From positions 1 through 62,487 of the forward strand of contig JAJRSG010000231.1 of assembly GCA_024278915.1 (NCBI GenBank): a stretch of 62,487 nucleotides of DNA. The letters run 5' to 3'. Below are positions 20,401 to 31,234 of this stretch, piece after piece (positions within the stretch are counted from its first letter, which is position 1; each line of letters opens with the position of its first letter). The DNA is from Alphaproteobacteria bacterium (GTDB lineage: Bacteria > Pseudomonadota > Alphaproteobacteria > Caulobacterales > Maricaulaceae). The notes under the pieces were generated by a model, which was given only the letters and a program-made list of their open reading frames with translations, had not been told where the DNA came from and ran no database searches. The position numbers and the translations under genes were made by a program.

Positions 20401-21024
20401 TTATTGTTTCTTTTGAGCCGTAAGGCCAAGCATAAAATCGCGACCCCCTTTCCATTGAAACCGGTCAATTGAGACTATTTCAAGATTTATACGACTACAT
20501 ATGGCTCGTAATTTCGCCTCGGTATAGCAATTTTTGTGAAACTGACCAGCGCCATTCTGACTTCCGTAGATTGTGGCGGTGAGATACCCCCATCGATTAT
20601 CGGGGCTGTAAGTGTAGGTCCCGAACCAGTGTTGTTGTTGGATAGCCTCTGCGTCGTTGCGATAGAAGTCCTTCCAGTCATCTTTGGCATCCAGCCACTG
20701 TTTAACAGTTTTCTCAAAATCGACCGTTGAAAGATAAATTGTTCCACCCGGTTTTATAATGCGTGCAATTTCATGAAAAAACCTAGGTTCATCAATAAAA
20801 GGTAAATGCTCAATTAGTCCCTCAGAGCGGATTTCATCTACCGAATTATCTGCGTAGGGCAGATTAAATATATCATACTGAAGCACCACCAGATCATCTT
20901 CAAATGCTTGATTTGGATATCGAGCCCGTATGTCTTCAAGGGTGTCCATGTCCACATTAACGTACCCTTTCAAAGGACGACCGCCGCACCCCAAATTAAG
21001 CCGTATGGGTGTTTTCTCTATCAT
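20401..21024 (-). CDS. Class I SAM-dependent methyltransferase
   Basis: LNLGCGGRPLKGYVNVD motif I and IIKPGGTIYLS post-I region. 207 aa. Confidence 0.7.
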   Translation of the reverse strand: MIEKTPIRLNLGCGGRPLKGYVNVDMDTLEDIRARYPNQAFEDDLVVLQYDIFNLPYADNSVDEIRSEGLIEHLPFIDEPRFFHEIARIIKPGGTIYLSTVDFEKTVKQWLDAKDDWKDFYRNDAEAIQQQHWFGTYTYSPDNRWGYLTATIYGSQNGAGQFHKNCYTEAKLRAICSRINLEIVSIDRFQWKGGRDFMLGLTAQKKQ

Positions 21025-21085
21025 GATGGTTCCTTATAATCAGCAATTCGAATTTCCCTGGATATCTCATCGTGCCCCTGACAGG

Positions 21086-21997
21086 CTATCGACGGGAATA
21101 GAGTACATGATGGTAATATGAAAACATTAACATCGGTATGTGGTTCAAAAGACTCCAGTCCTCACCGGCTGGTCTGTAGGCCTTTAAATAGGCTTCTCGT
21201 GAATGGCGCAGTTCAGAATCATTGAAAATATCAAGCGTGTTCCTGCACCTGCCAAGTTCAAAAACATCGAGTATTTTTTCTGGGCTCAATCCAGGTAATC
21301 CAATAGATTCAGGCAGATATTTTCCAATCGGATTCTTACAGTAAAACAATTCCGAGTTTTTGATGATTCTGTTCATGTAACCATCAATTACATTTAAATG
21401 CATTTCCTGAAAACTATCGATGTTAATGGCTAGATCTGCTGATATGGCTGACTGTAATTCAAGGTCCTCACTGGAAACGAAGCGAATGCGATCAAATTTT
21501 TCCGGGATCACTTTCTTTAAATAAGCGGAACTCAAAGCCAGCATCGGATCCAGATCAACAATTGTGTAAACGTCTATATGCGGACAAAGAGACAGAAGAG
21601 TATGACATGTTCTTCCAAATCCGGCGCCAATTTCTACAATATTATTGATCCCACCATGAGATATCTTTATTGAGTTTTCGAGAAACTCCCATTCTTCTAC
21701 TGCCGCAAGGTAGTCGGCATTTATGGCGCAATCTGCATATTGAATGCTAAGTGGTTTTCCAAGGTCGAGATTTTGAATTTTCCTATAGGATTCAAGATAA
21801 ATATCGGATCGTTCCTGTGCTGTGGCATACAACAGAAATTTAAAATAACGGGTTGATTTTTCATAAGGGTCCCATGCGGCAAACTGATTGGCTGCACCAG
21901 GCATTCTGAAGTTCTGAATAAAGTCATCATCTATACGTGAAAAAATATTCTGTGTCAGGTTCTTCCATATTTTTGACCCTTCACCCATTGTTGGCAC
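21086..21997 (-). CDS. Putative SAM-dependent (sugar O-) methyltransferase
   Basis: VEIGAGFGRTCHTLL glycine-rich motif, 303 aa. Context within the sugar cluster. 17-nt overlap with the upstream gene. Confidence 0.5.
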   Translation of the reverse strand: MPTMGEGSKIWKNLTQNIFSRIDDDFIQNFRMPGAANQFAAWDPYEKSTRYFKFLLYATAQERSDIYLESYRKIQNLDLGKPLSIQYADCAINADYLAAVEEWEFLENSIKISHGGINNIVEIGAGFGRTCHTLLSLCPHIDVYTIVDLDPMLALSSAYLKKVIPEKFDRIRFVSSEDLELQSAISADLAINIDSFQEMHLNVIDGYMNRIIKNSELFYCKNPIGKYLPESIGLPGLSPEKILDVFELGRCRNTLDIFNDSELRHSREAYLKAYRPAGEDWSLLNHIPMLMFSYYHHVLYSRR

Positions 21998-22961
21998 TCC
22001 CGCTAAATGTATGAATCATCTTGCTGATTCCAGATTTTATTGAAACTTCAGGGCGCCAGAAAAAAGCTTTATTCATGGCATTATTGTCCCCGATAAAATT
22101 TCTGTGTTCGATTGCATCGGTGTTATCCGGCCAGGGAACACAAGAAATCGCCACCCTGTTTCCGGTGATTTTCGAAACTTGATCGGCGACATTGCCAAAG
22201 GCCTCTTTCAAACTTGTACCTCTACCACTGGCGATATTAAAGGACTGCCCTGCATGGGCTTGTGAGGCTCCAGCGCACAGAAAAGCCTTGATCACATCAT
22301 CGATAAAAACATAGTCTCGTAAATTCTTTCCGTCGCCGTATAACACCAGGTTATGTCCCTTCAGTGCCATCATGGAAACTTTGTTAAGAATGCCACGGTC
22401 AGATGCGGAGCTTGAGCATAAACTTGGACCATAAACATTGGCAAGCCGCAGCGAAACGCTTTGTAGTATTCCATGACTGGTCGCCAATGCTAACTGCTTT
22501 TCTGCAAAATACTTGTGCAAATCATAGATTGTAATTGGCTGGCATGTCTGGTTTTCTGAAACGGGAAGATCATCTGTAAGTCCATATACGGTTGCTGTAG
22601 ATGCAAAAACCAATCGGGGAGTAGCACTCGACTCTTGTGCTGCTGCGATAAGATGGTTCAATGGAAGCAACGTTGAATTTAAGCTATCTACAGGGTTATT
22701 GGCCGCCGTATAGATGCTTGTATTACCCGCCAGATGGAAAATAACTTTTGCTTCAGTGACAAGCCTCTGCCAGCAATTCAGTGTGTTAACATCGGCCTGC
22801 CAATCGGTTATTCCAGGCTTAGGCGGTAGTTTTCTTCTGCTGACACGTATAACGTTTGCCGAACATTGGGCCAGGGCCTCAGCCAGGGCGCTGCCGATAT
22901 AACCGCTGGCTCCTGTAACGGCGACGGATTTTCCTTTCAGATTATCCAAACTCTCTATCAT
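21981..22961 (-). CDS. NAD-dependent epimerase/dehydratase (extended SDR; candidate ketoreductase)
   Basis: VTGASGYIGS and YFAEK motifs. 326 aa. Confidence 0.7.
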   Translation of the reverse strand: MIESLDNLKGKSVAVTGASGYIGSALAEALAQCSANVIRVSRRKLPPKPGITDWQADVNTLNCWQRLVTEAKVIFHLAGNTSIYTAANNPVDSLNSTLLPLNHLIAAAQESSATPRLVFASTATVYGLTDDLPVSENQTCQPITIYDLHKYFAEKQLALATSHGILQSVSLRLANVYGPSLCSSSASDRGILNKVSMMALKGHNLVLYGDGKNLRDYVFIDDVIKAFLCAGASQAHAGQSFNIASGRGTSLKEAFGNVADQVSKITGNRVAISCVPWPDNTDAIEHRNFIGDNNAMNKAFFWRPEVSIKSGISKMIHTFSGSANNG

Positions 22962-23048
22962 AAAGCATCGCTTTCATGTGCAGTGATATATGATGGTTGA
23001 ACCACCAGCGCATATGGCTTGTCATTTTCTGATGTATTACAAACCAAA

Positions 23049-24152
23049 TTATTGTTCGAAGCAATCACGTGACAACGATATGACTGCATTCAAGTCATTA
23101 GCCGATAACCCGGGAAATATGGGAAGGCTGAGGATGTTTTTGATTAACTTATTGGTCACGGGCAAACCGTTTTTCGGCAATCGGCAAAGTTGATCATAAC
23201 CTGTGTGTTCATGGGCGGCAGTTCGATAATGTATCCCTGTGGCGATGCCGGCGTTGTGAAGGTGTTCTGCTAAAATATCGCGTTGAGGACAGCTAATAAC
23301 ATATAAATGATAAACGTGAGTGGAATTTGGTCGGGCCTTGGGCAACGTAATGCCGAGTTGATCAAAACCGTCGTGATACAGTATGGCCAGTTTGCGGCGT
23401 TTATCGTTGTCTTCATCAAGGTATTTTAGCTTCACGTTCAAGATTGCTGCCTGGATTTCATCCAGCCGGGAATTCAACCCGGTTTCCAGGGTCATTCTGT
23501 TTTGATCCCAGCCATATTGGCGTAATCGTCGAACCCTTTCCCCCAATTCCTTGCATTTGGAGACAACCATTCCGGCATCACCAATGGCGCCCAAATTCTT
23601 TGTCGGAAAAAAACTGAAACAGCCAGCATGTCCGATACTGCCAACTTTTTGTTTGTTGTATGTGGCTCCCGCAGCCTGGGCGCAATCTTCAATAACGCTC
23701 AGGCCGTGTTTGTCTGCAATCTCCATTATGGCATTCATATCGGCGCATTGACCGTACAGGTGAACGGGAATGATTGCCTTTGTTCTGTTGGTAATCGCAT
23801 CGCCAATGAATTCAGGGTTCATGGTGTAGTACAGCGGATCGACATCCACCAGAACGGGGGTTGCTCCGCATGTGATAATGGCTGAAATAGTTGCCAGTGC
23901 GGTGTGGGAAACGGTTATGACTTCATCCCCCGGTCCGATATCCAGGGCTTTCATTGCCAGAATTAAAGCGTCAGTCCCGCTATTGACTCCGACCCCATCG
24001 TCAACGTCACAATAGGCCGCAAAGGATTTTTCAAATGTTGCCCCTTCCGATCCCAGAATATAATGTCCGCTATCGAGAACGTGCGTGATCGCGCCCAGTA
24101 TCTCGTCTCTATGGCTATTGTATTGTGCTAGAGGGGAGGCAAACGGGATCAT
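23049..24152 (-). CDS. DegT/DnrJ/EryC1/StrS-family PLP-dependent sugar aminotransferase
   Basis: 367 aa with typical family sequence ([28 protein letters not shown] containing the PLP Lys). Confidence 0.85.
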   Translation of the reverse strand: MIPFASPLAQYNSHRDEILGAITHVLDSGHYILGSEGATFEKSFAAYCDVDDGVGVNSGTDALILAMKALDIGPGDEVITVSHTALATISAIITCGATPVLVDVDPLYYTMNPEFIGDAITNRTKAIIPVHLYGQCADMNAIMEIADKHGLSVIEDCAQAAGATYNKQKVGSIGHAGCFSFFPTKNLGAIGDAGMVVSKCKELGERVRRLRQYGWDQNRMTLETGLNSRLDEIQAAILNVKLKYLDEDNDKRRKLAILYHDGFDQLGITLPKARPNSTHVYHLYVISCPQRDILAEHLHNAGIATGIHYRTAAHEHTGYDQLCRLPKNGLPVTNKLIKNILSLPIFPGLSANDLNAVISLSRDCFEQ

Positions 24153-25372
24153 TCTATTATTCCAACCTCGGGAACAAAACTAATCCATTTGCCGCCATCA
24201 TTGAGAAATTTTTGCTCTTTCTCAAAGATTTCAGCTGCATGATTCCATGCGAAGAGTACGGCGTAATCAGGTGGGTTGGCAGTGAATTCATTATAGGACT
24301 TTACGGGAATATGTACGCCTGGTGTATATTTACCCTGCTTGATCGGGGTGGTATCTGAAATAAACTCAATATGATCAGGGCCAATTCCACAGTAATTCAG
24401 GACCGTGGTACTTTTTGATGTGGCACCGTAGCCCACAATTCTCTTGCCGCAGCTGCGTAGCGTTTCCAGCAAGCCCACCAGGTCAGCTCGTGATTTTTCA
24501 CAATTACGCCTGAATTGCTCATAGGTTTCGCAACGATGTAATCCTTGTGAACGCTCTGTTTCTATCAACTTGGATACACTGTGTGAAACAGTATGGCTTC
24601 CTTTGGGGGCCAGCATATAGCGCATGGATCCGCCATGGGTGATCTGCGGCATGACATCAATCAGTTCAAGGTTATGACGCTCGAATATGGAAGACACAGA
24701 TGTTGCGGAAAAAATGAAAACGTGCTCATCATAGATCTGATCATAGGAAGTTTTTTTGATTACATCACCCAGATATGGGTCTTCAAACGTCAGTACTCCA
24801 TCGGGTTTGAGCAACGTGGCAAAACCGGCTGCGACGCTGTTGATATCAGGAATATGGCACAGAACATTGGCACAAACCACGGCGTCGGCTTGTCCATGTT
24901 GTGCAACGAGCTGTTCGGCCAAATCAAAACTAAAAAATTCACTGAGTGTTTCGATGCCCTGCGCTCTTGCCACGTCAGCAACGTTTTCTGACGGTTCAAT
25001 GCCTAAATGCCGGTAGCCTGCGTCCTTGTAGTGCTTCAGCATAATGCCATCGTTGCTACCAAGTTCGACGATGAAAGGGTCAGTACGGTCATGAAGGATG
25101 CGCTTCACGATCATCTCGGCGAATGCCTGGAAGTGTACCTGCATGTACCGTGACGTACTTGCGAAATAGGCATAATTCTCATGGAACATGCGCTCAGGTG
25201 CGGGCTGGTTAATCAGTTGAAACGTGCAGCACTGCTTGCAAAAAGCGACCTCCATTTGAAAAAAAAATTCTTCAGGATAGTCTTCTTCCATTAGGAAGCC
25301 ATTGGCAATTGGCATGTCACCAAAGCTCATAAAGGGCTGGATATCAGAGTTGCAAACACGGCATGACGTCAT
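24149..25372 (-). CDS. NDP-hexose C-methyltransferase (TylCIII/EvaC-like)
   Basis: N-terminal zinc-ribbon-like CRVCNS...[10 protein letters not shown], a central class I methyltransferase fold (VELGSNDG) and a C-terminal C-methyltransferase-type domain. 407 aa. Confidence 0.7.
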   Translation of the reverse strand: MTSCRVCNSDIQPFMSFGDMPIANGFLMEEDYPEEFFFQMEVAFCKQCCTFQLINQPAPERMFHENYAYFASTSRYMQVHFQAFAEMIVKRILHDRTDPFIVELGSNDGIMLKHYKDAGYRHLGIEPSENVADVARAQGIETLSEFFSFDLAEQLVAQHGQADAVVCANVLCHIPDINSVAAGFATLLKPDGVLTFEDPYLGDVIKKTSYDQIYDEHVFIFSATSVSSIFERHNLELIDVMPQITHGGSMRYMLAPKGSHTVSHSVSKLIETERSQGLHRCETYEQFRRNCEKSRADLVGLLETLRSCGKRIVGYGATSKSTTVLNYCGIGPDHIEFISDTTPIKQGKYTPGVHIPVKSYNEFTANPPDYAVLFAWNHAAEIFEKEQKFLNDGGKWISFVPEVGIIE

Positions 25373-25385
25373 TATTTGTTCCGTT

Positions 25386-26612
25386 TTATTGAGGTAGCAT
25401 GTCTTCGAGGGTCCAATCGGTTATCCGGAAGGTTTCAAACAGATCGGCCAGGGCCATTCCCGAAAATTTTACGGCGCCTGTGTCAATTCCAAATTGTTTG
25501 AATTCTTCATAATTCCGGACAAGAACAAATTTTGTCATCAAATCCTGGTCTGCAAGCTCTGAGGGTGGGAAAATGGAAATGTTCTCGTCTCCAATGTAGT
25601 CACGTAAAGTTTGGGAAAATACCCGCAAATCGGGTTGTTCCGCCATTATAACACCATCAAGGCTAACGCTGGATGTTAGAATTCTACTGATTTTTTCAGC
25701 TATAAAATACGCCATATACTTGCGTTCGATTTCCTGGATTCTTGCTTCTTCAATGGCACCATAAGCCCGACTCCTTAAAAGAAAGCTGCGGGCCTTTAGA
25801 TATTCTTTTTTCTGAAGTGCAAACCGTACAGCGGCCTTATAACCCGAAAGTATGCTTTGCGTTACAAATATGGCGTTATCTATGACCCCTGGAAATTGTT
25901 CACCAATAAATATTTCATAATCGGCGCGATTCATGTCCTGGTAAACACCTTCGGTCAATTTATCTTCCATGGTTGGTATGGACTGCCGTGTTGCGTGTCT
26001 GTAGAAAACATCTGTAATCACGCCCACATCACCATGGTTGAGCATTTTATTGACAAGGGGCCATTGCCCGAACATGTGGTTATCCATTTGAAAGTGACGC
26101 TGGAATAATTCACGACGCATCACGGGATCCCAGAGCAATGGGAATTTTTTTAAAATCTCTAATTGGCTACCTTTTTTATAAATTTTGTCTTCATCAATAA
26201 CGTTTATTTTTGCGACACTGCCATCAGCCGGTATCCATTCCTGATAATTCCCGAAGACCCCTGTAAGAGATGGATTGCTTTCAAGCAGCTCCAGGGCCCG
26301 ATTGATACCCCTGACGACGATCTGATCATCATCAGACAGGGTGTAGATATATTTTGATGTTGCTAATCGATTGACGAGTTCAATATTTGGTACGGCCCCT
26401 ATATTCTTGTCCAGGATAACCGTGCGGAAACGTTTCCAGCGTCCGCGAAATTCTTCCAGAACCTCAGATGTATGATCACCCGAACAATCATCTGAAACAA
26501 TAATTTCCCATGACGGGTCAATTGTTTCCATAAGACTCGACAATGTCTTACGTAATACATCCGCCCTTTCAAAGGTTGGAATACAGATGCTAAGAAGAGA
26601 TTGGTCAGACAT
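25386..26612 (-). CDS. Family 2 glycosyltransferase
   Basis: LSICIPTFERADVL...EIIVSDDCSGD N-terminal GT-A signature. 408 aa. Confidence 0.75.
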   Translation of the reverse strand: MSDQSLLSICIPTFERADVLRKTLSSLMETIDPSWEIIVSDDCSGDHTSEVLEEFRGRWKRFRTVILDKNIGAVPNIELVNRLATSKYIYTLSDDDQIVVRGINRALELLESNPSLTGVFGNYQEWIPADGSVAKINVIDEDKIYKKGSQLEILKKFPLLWDPVMRRELFQRHFQMDNHMFGQWPLVNKMLNHGDVGVITDVFYRHATRQSIPTMEDKLTEGVYQDMNRADYEIFIGEQFPGVIDNAIFVTQSILSGYKAAVRFALQKKEYLKARSFLLRSRAYGAIEEARIQEIERKYMAYFIAEKISRILTSSVSLDGVIMAEQPDLRVFSQTLRDYIGDENISIFPPSELADQDLMTKFVLVRNYEEFKQFGIDTGAVKFSGMALADLFETFRITDWTLEDMLPQ

Positions 26613-26736
26613 GATGATACTATACAGCTCAAAGGAATTAATGCTGAAAGTTTATATCAAATGATTAATGAATTAATTAAAATAGACGGATAGACGGATT
26701 GTAATCTGACCTTAATTTACGGGGCATTAGAATTCG

Positions 26737-26838
26737 TTATTGAAGCTTATCTCTGAGAGTCTCGTAAGGCGTTTTTCCGTTAAGGGCACCACGGGAACTT
26801 GCGAAGTTATAGAAGCATTCTAATTTAGCAAATTCCTT
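26737..26838 (-). pseudogene. C-terminal remnant of an rve-type (IS481/IS3-like) transposase
   Basis: The minus-strand translation KEFAKLECFYNFASSRGALNGKTPYETLRDKLQ* matches the conserved integrase-core tail pattern (YN..RPH.AL.GKTP). An in-frame stop lies immediately upstream, so only ~33 codons survive. Confidence 0.45.
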
Positions 26839-26991
26839 TTACCCCATCATAGTCAAAATATCCATTGAATAAGCTTGCAAAGCATACTATGAAGTTTGAG
26901 GTGGGGAATTTAAATGCAGCAAATTGTACAATCTAGTATTGAAGACAATTTAATACCCTACTGGTCTATACTTGGTCTTGTATAAAAAGGT

Positions 26992-28173
26992 ATGAGTATT
27001 TTGAATAAACAAAAATCCTTTGCGGCGCATATATTTGCACCAATTACTATTAGTTGGGAGCAACTCCGTAATTTATTATGGCCATTTGGACATAATATCC
27101 AGTCAAAAAAACATCGCTATGCGCTGATTATCTCCCGGGTTCAACTCATATCCGCTATATTTGGTATACTTGTTCCCCTGTGGACTATCGTCGATTGGTA
27201 CGTCATTCCCGAGCAATGGGAAGAAATCGCTCTAATTCGTTTTGTTTGTGGGGCGATGTTCATTGGCTTATCCTTGCCACGGCATTTGCCGAATACCATG
27301 CCCATGGCGATTGCCATGCTGGTGGCCATGCTGGCCATACCACCGATTATGTATATCTCCACATTGCCAATACTGGAGGCCATGCCAACCGAGGGCCTGC
27401 AAGGCGTGATGCGGACTTTGTATACTTTTCTGCCATATATAGTGGTTGGCGGATTGAGTATTTTCCCATTAACTGTATTTGAAATAATTCTCTATTGCTT
27501 GCCTATTTTTGGGGTTGCGTCCTTCGGTATCTGGCAACTTGAAGGCAATAACTGGGAAGTATTGACTAGCTCCCTATGGCTGTTATTTCTGATAATGGGA
27601 ATTTCCAGTTTTTCCGGTATGAGCCAGCTTCAATACATGATCGGTCTTATCAACCGAGCCTCGCTTGACCCTCTGACGGGGGCTTTTACCAGGCGTACAG
27701 GTGCGGAAACCATCCAGTTGCAATTCCGTATTTCTTCAATGCATAGCTCCCATATAGCAATTGCGTTTTTTGACCTTGATAATTTTAAGTCGGTCAATGA
27801 TACCTTCGGCCATGAGGAAGGCGATCGTGCTTTGATTGGCATGGCAGATGTGCTGCGCGAAAGCCTGCGGCGTGGAGATGCCTTAATTCGGTGGGGAGGC
27901 GAAGAGTTCGTACTGCTTCTCAACGATGCCGATCATGAAGGGGCCAAGCTGGTAATCAGCCGTATACTGGAACGCGGATTTGGCGCACGTCCCGATGGCA
28001 AACCATTAACTGCCAGCATTGGTATATCGGAATTGGCCGCCGACAATCCAAATAACTGGCCTGAGATGGTGGAACTGGCCGACACCCGTATGTACGAAGC
28101 CAAAAAGTCCGGGAAGAATCGGGCCGTGTTCCCAGGGCATGAAATACTGTTAGGACCTGAAACCAATTCATAG
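26992..28173 (+). CDS. Membrane-anchored diguanylate cyclase (GGDEF)
   Basis: An N-terminal ~220 aa polytopic domain is followed by a GGDEF domain with an intact RWGGEEFVLLL active site. Confidence 0.85.
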   Translation: MSILNKQKSFAAHIFAPITISWEQLRNLLWPFGHNIQSKKHRYALIISRVQLISAIFGILVPLWTIVDWYVIPEQWEEIALIRFVCGAMFIGLSLPRHLPNTMPMAIAMLVAMLAIPPIMYISTLPILEAMPTEGLQGVMRTLYTFLPYIVVGGLSIFPLTVFEIILYCLPIFGVASFGIWQLEGNNWEVLTSSLWLLFLIMGISSFSGMSQLQYMIGLINRASLDPLTGAFTRRTGAETIQLQFRISSMHSSHIAIAFFDLDNFKSVNDTFGHEEGDRALIGMADVLRESLRRGDALIRWGGEEFVLLLNDADHEGAKLVISRILERGFGARPDGKPLTASIGISELAADNPNNWPEMVELADTRMYEAKKSGKNRAVFPGHEILLGPETNS

Positions 28174-28280
28174 TCCGATATTGGGTCTTAAAGGTAACCC
28201 AATGTTCTCTTTTTGGATTTCCGTCAGTTGAGGGCGGCGATAGAGATCGCCCTGGAACCGTGACTGTCCTCCAGCAGATT

Positions 28281-28793
28281 TTAATGGGGCCGCCAGTTAC
28301 GGGAAGCAATTGTTGCCCGTTCTAGTTCTTCCGGGGTCATATTTTGGGAAATAATTCGAATAATATTGTCCAGATCTGCGTTCGTTGCTTCACGATCTTG
28401 GCGGCTATTTGCGAAGGTGATTCTGGATATCAGTATCCACTTGTAGGCTTTTACAGGATCCGGTTTAATCCCTATACCCTTGGAATAGCGTGTGGCGATG
28501 ATCAGTTGAGCCTGGGCATTGCCTGCTTCTGCGGCCAATAAAAACCAGTAAAAGGATTTCTCTTCATTTTTCGGCGTCCCATTACCTTCGGTATAAAGCA
28601 TCCCGAGATTGTATTGGGCGTTAGGATTGCCTGTTTCGGCCAGTTCTTTCCAAATATTATAAGCCGTAACATAATCTTTGTTCAAATAGGCATCATAACC
28701 TTCAATATGGGTATGGGAATGACCCGCTTGAGCCACTGAGCTAACCAGCACGATTGAAACAAAGATTGAGACAAATTTTAGACTGTACTGCAT
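28281..28793 (-). CDS. Secreted Sel1-repeat (TPR-like) protein
   Basis: Signal peptide (...SSVAQA/GH) and repeated AQYNLGMLY / AQLIIATRY Sel1 units. 170 aa. Confidence 0.8.
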   Translation of the reverse strand: MQYSLKFVSIFVSIVLVSSVAQAGHSHTHIEGYDAYLNKDYVTAYNIWKELAETGNPNAQYNLGMLYTEGNGTPKNEEKSFYWFLLAAEAGNAQAQLIIATRYSKGIGIKPDPVKAYKWILISRITFANSRQDREATNADLDNIIRIISQNMTPEELERATIASRNWRPH

Positions 28794-28807
28794 TGGCTAA
28801 TATCCCA

Positions 28808-30061
28808 TCACTCGAGCGACGTGATGTGTTTCAGGCCTCCTGTAAAACGCGCAACACCGCCGAAACTTCCGATCCAAGTTTCACCATAGTCCGAGAACGC
28901 CATTGAGAACACGTTATCTGAAAACAACCCATCATTTCGTGTAAAGGTTTCAAAAGATTTACCATCATACCGGGTAAGCCCTTTACTGGTGCCAATCCAG
29001 ATAATGCCGGCTTCATCTTTTTCGAGCATGAAGATATGATTTGAGGGCAAACCGTCATCGACGGTGAAGGTTTTCCAATTGGCCCCATCGAAAACGGATA
29101 ATCCACCCCCCCAGGTTCCTGTCCAGACATTTCCTTCGGAAAATAATAGGGCAATGATGTAGTTTGGATTATAGGCCACAGAAACATCTTCCAATCCCAT
29201 CTCCGTTTTCTGACGGGCGTGATGAGCCGATTGTGCGGCTGGATCGCTTTTTATGGTAATGTCGTCTACAACGTCTTCATATTTAGCACCTAACCCATCG
29301 GCATGGTTCCAGTTGGACCAATGATTATTGCGGTAGAGGGCAAGGCCGCCTTCAGTTGCCATCCAAACATCACCGTTATCACCTTCGGTCAGTCCATATA
29401 CCCAGTTGTTAGGTAACCCACCATCGGTATTTTCAACCGTAAACAAATCCCAGTTTTTCAGGTCATCCATATCATTGCCTGAGATTTTGTTGGCACCCGA
29501 CCAGGTCGCCAGCCAGATATCACCCGATTTCGTCTTCAAGGTATCATAGATAAAAGCGTCACCCACGCCTTGCGGCACATTGTAATTTTTCCAAGTATTT
29601 TTTTCGGGGTTAAAAATTGACAACCCCCCACCATAGGTACCAACCCAGATTTCATTATTAATTTTGCTCAGGTGGAAAACGCCGTTTGAAAGCAAGCCGT
29701 TTGTATTATCGAACAGATCATAGGAGTCCTTGATAATATCGTATTTGATGACGCCTCCCGAAGTGCCAACCCACATGATAGGTCCATCAGCCAGCATGGC
29801 CTTGACATTCCGTTTGCCGACCCGGAAGTGATCGAATGAACGGGTTTCTGTTATCTCAGTTTCCGGCGGTGATTGCGGCGTGGTCTGAACGTCGGGAACC
29901 GGTGCGATGTCGGTCTTTACCGGCGTTTCCTGTTGGGTAGCAACCGCTTCTTCGATTACAGTGACTACTTCTTGTTGGTCCATCATTTGACTGATTGTAA
30001 CCGCACCAGCAATCAGTATTCCTGTAACAGAAATTATACCAAATATACGGAGGTTCTTCAC
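28808..30061 (-). CDS. Membrane-anchored beta-propeller protein with two-component-regulator-propeller (Reg_prop)-like repeats
   Basis: N-terminal TM, a Pro/Thr-rich linker, then about seven repeats of the W(V/I/M)GT.GGG(L/V) type. 417 aa. Confidence 0.65.
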   Translation of the reverse strand: MKNLRIFGIISVTGILIAGAVTISQMMDQQEVVTVIEEAVATQQETPVKTDIAPVPDVQTTPQSPPETEITETRSFDHFRVGKRNVKAMLADGPIMWVGTSGGVIKYDIIKDSYDLFDNTNGLLSNGVFHLSKINNEIWVGTYGGGLSIFNPEKNTWKNYNVPQGVGDAFIYDTLKTKSGDIWLATWSGANKISGNDMDDLKNWDLFTVENTDGGLPNNWVYGLTEGDNGDVWMATEGGLALYRNNHWSNWNHADGLGAKYEDVVDDITIKSDPAAQSAHHARQKTEMGLEDVSVAYNPNYIIALLFSEGNVWTGTWGGGLSVFDGANWKTFTVDDGLPSNHIFMLEKDEAGIIWIGTSKGLTRYDGKSFETFTRNDGLFSDNVFSMAFSDYGETWIGSFGGVARFTGGLKHITSLE

Positions 30062-30082
30062 TTGAATTTCCTTATTCTAAGC

Positions 30083-31168
30083 TTAATTTTTATAACTAAA
30101 ACGGGTTACACCACCTTGCGTTCCAAACCAGAGCATCCCCTGGCCGTCAATGGCTATAGCGTATACGTGGCTGTTTAAAAGTCCGTCTTTGGTCGATATG
30201 GTCGACCATGTTTTACCATCATAACGTGTCACCCCATTATTCGTGCCAAACCACATTGTACCATCGCTTTCCTGAGCCATGCTATAAACAATGTTCCCCG
30301 ACAAACCTTCTAATGTTGAGAAGGACTTCCAGGTATCTTTACCGTTAAACCGGCTGACGCCACCGCCCCATGTACCAAACCAGATATTTTCATCGCGCTG
30401 GTCTACATGAACTGCGAAGACATAATCCGGATTATATGTATTGCTGTTTTCATTGGATGTAATGGTTAAGTCGTGGCGAGTACGAGTGCCGAGGCCGGTA
30501 TTGCTGCTGCTGTCCAGCCGATTGACATTGGGCGCACCCAATCCGTCTTTGTGATTCCAAGATGTCCAGTTCCCGTTATCGTAAACCGAAACGCCACCCT
30601 CCGTTCCATGCCAAACCCGTCCGTCTTTGCCAATCGCCAGGCCATAGACCCAGACATTAATCAATTCTTCGCGAAAGGTGGTAAACTCACCCGTTGCCCG
30701 GTCAAACCGGCTGACGCCATCCCAGGTCCCGATCCAGACATAATCATCGCCTTCGAAAGCGAAGGCATATACCCAGAAGTCTGCCAGTCCATCTTTGGGG
30801 AAATACGTTTTCCACTCATTGTTTAAAAGCGTACTAAATCCACCAGCGTTTGTTCCCATCCAAACTTTGCCCGCTTTGTCTGTATCGATTGCAAATATAT
30901 ATTCATTTGCCAGCCCTGATTTTCGATTATAAAAGTTCCGCATATCCTTTGTATTGAGATCGACTTCGATGGCACCGAGTGAGCTGCCAACCCAGAGGGT
31001 GTTCGTCAAATGATCAACATCGAGGGAGCGTACAAACGCCGTGTCGCCAATTCGATAGGATTCGGCAAAGACCGGCATTGTTTGATTGGCAGTGCTATTC
31101 TCAGCGGCCTTAACAGCGCCAACATTAAACAAAATCCCTAATCCAAGCAGAGCTAGAAATCGTTTCAT
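30083..31168 (-). CDS. Secreted 7-bladed beta-propeller protein with Reg_prop-like repeats
   Basis: Signal peptide (...GAVKA/AE). Seven repeats: LWVGSSLG, VWMGTNAGG, VWIGTWDG, VWHGTEGG, IWFGTWGGG, MWFGTNNG, LWFGTQGG. Confidence 0.65.
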   Translation of the reverse strand: MKRFLALLGLGILFNVGAVKAAENSTANQTMPVFAESYRIGDTAFVRSLDVDHLTNTLWVGSSLGAIEVDLNTKDMRNFYNRKSGLANEYIFAIDTDKAGKVWMGTNAGGFSTLLNNEWKTYFPKDGLADFWVYAFAFEGDDYVWIGTWDGVSRFDRATGEFTTFREELINVWVYGLAIGKDGRVWHGTEGGVSVYDNGNWTSWNHKDGLGAPNVNRLDSSSNTGLGTRTRHDLTITSNENSNTYNPDYVFAVHVDQRDENIWFGTWGGGVSRFNGKDTWKSFSTLEGLSGNIVYSMAQESDGTMWFGTNNGVTRYDGKTWSTISTKDGLLNSHVYAIAIDGQGMLWFGTQGGVTRFSYKN

Positions 31169-31234
31169 AGGGTGTTTTCTTTCATTGCAAATTGAAAATA
31201 TCTTTAAAACAAAAATAGTGAAGGGCAGGCTTTG

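Noticed and set aside
28230-28255. Short hairpin (ggcgat-agag-atcgcc) between the convergent GGDEF and Sel1 genes as a bidirectional terminator
   Set aside because: The stem is only 6 bp and has no flanking T/A runs. This is too weak to call.
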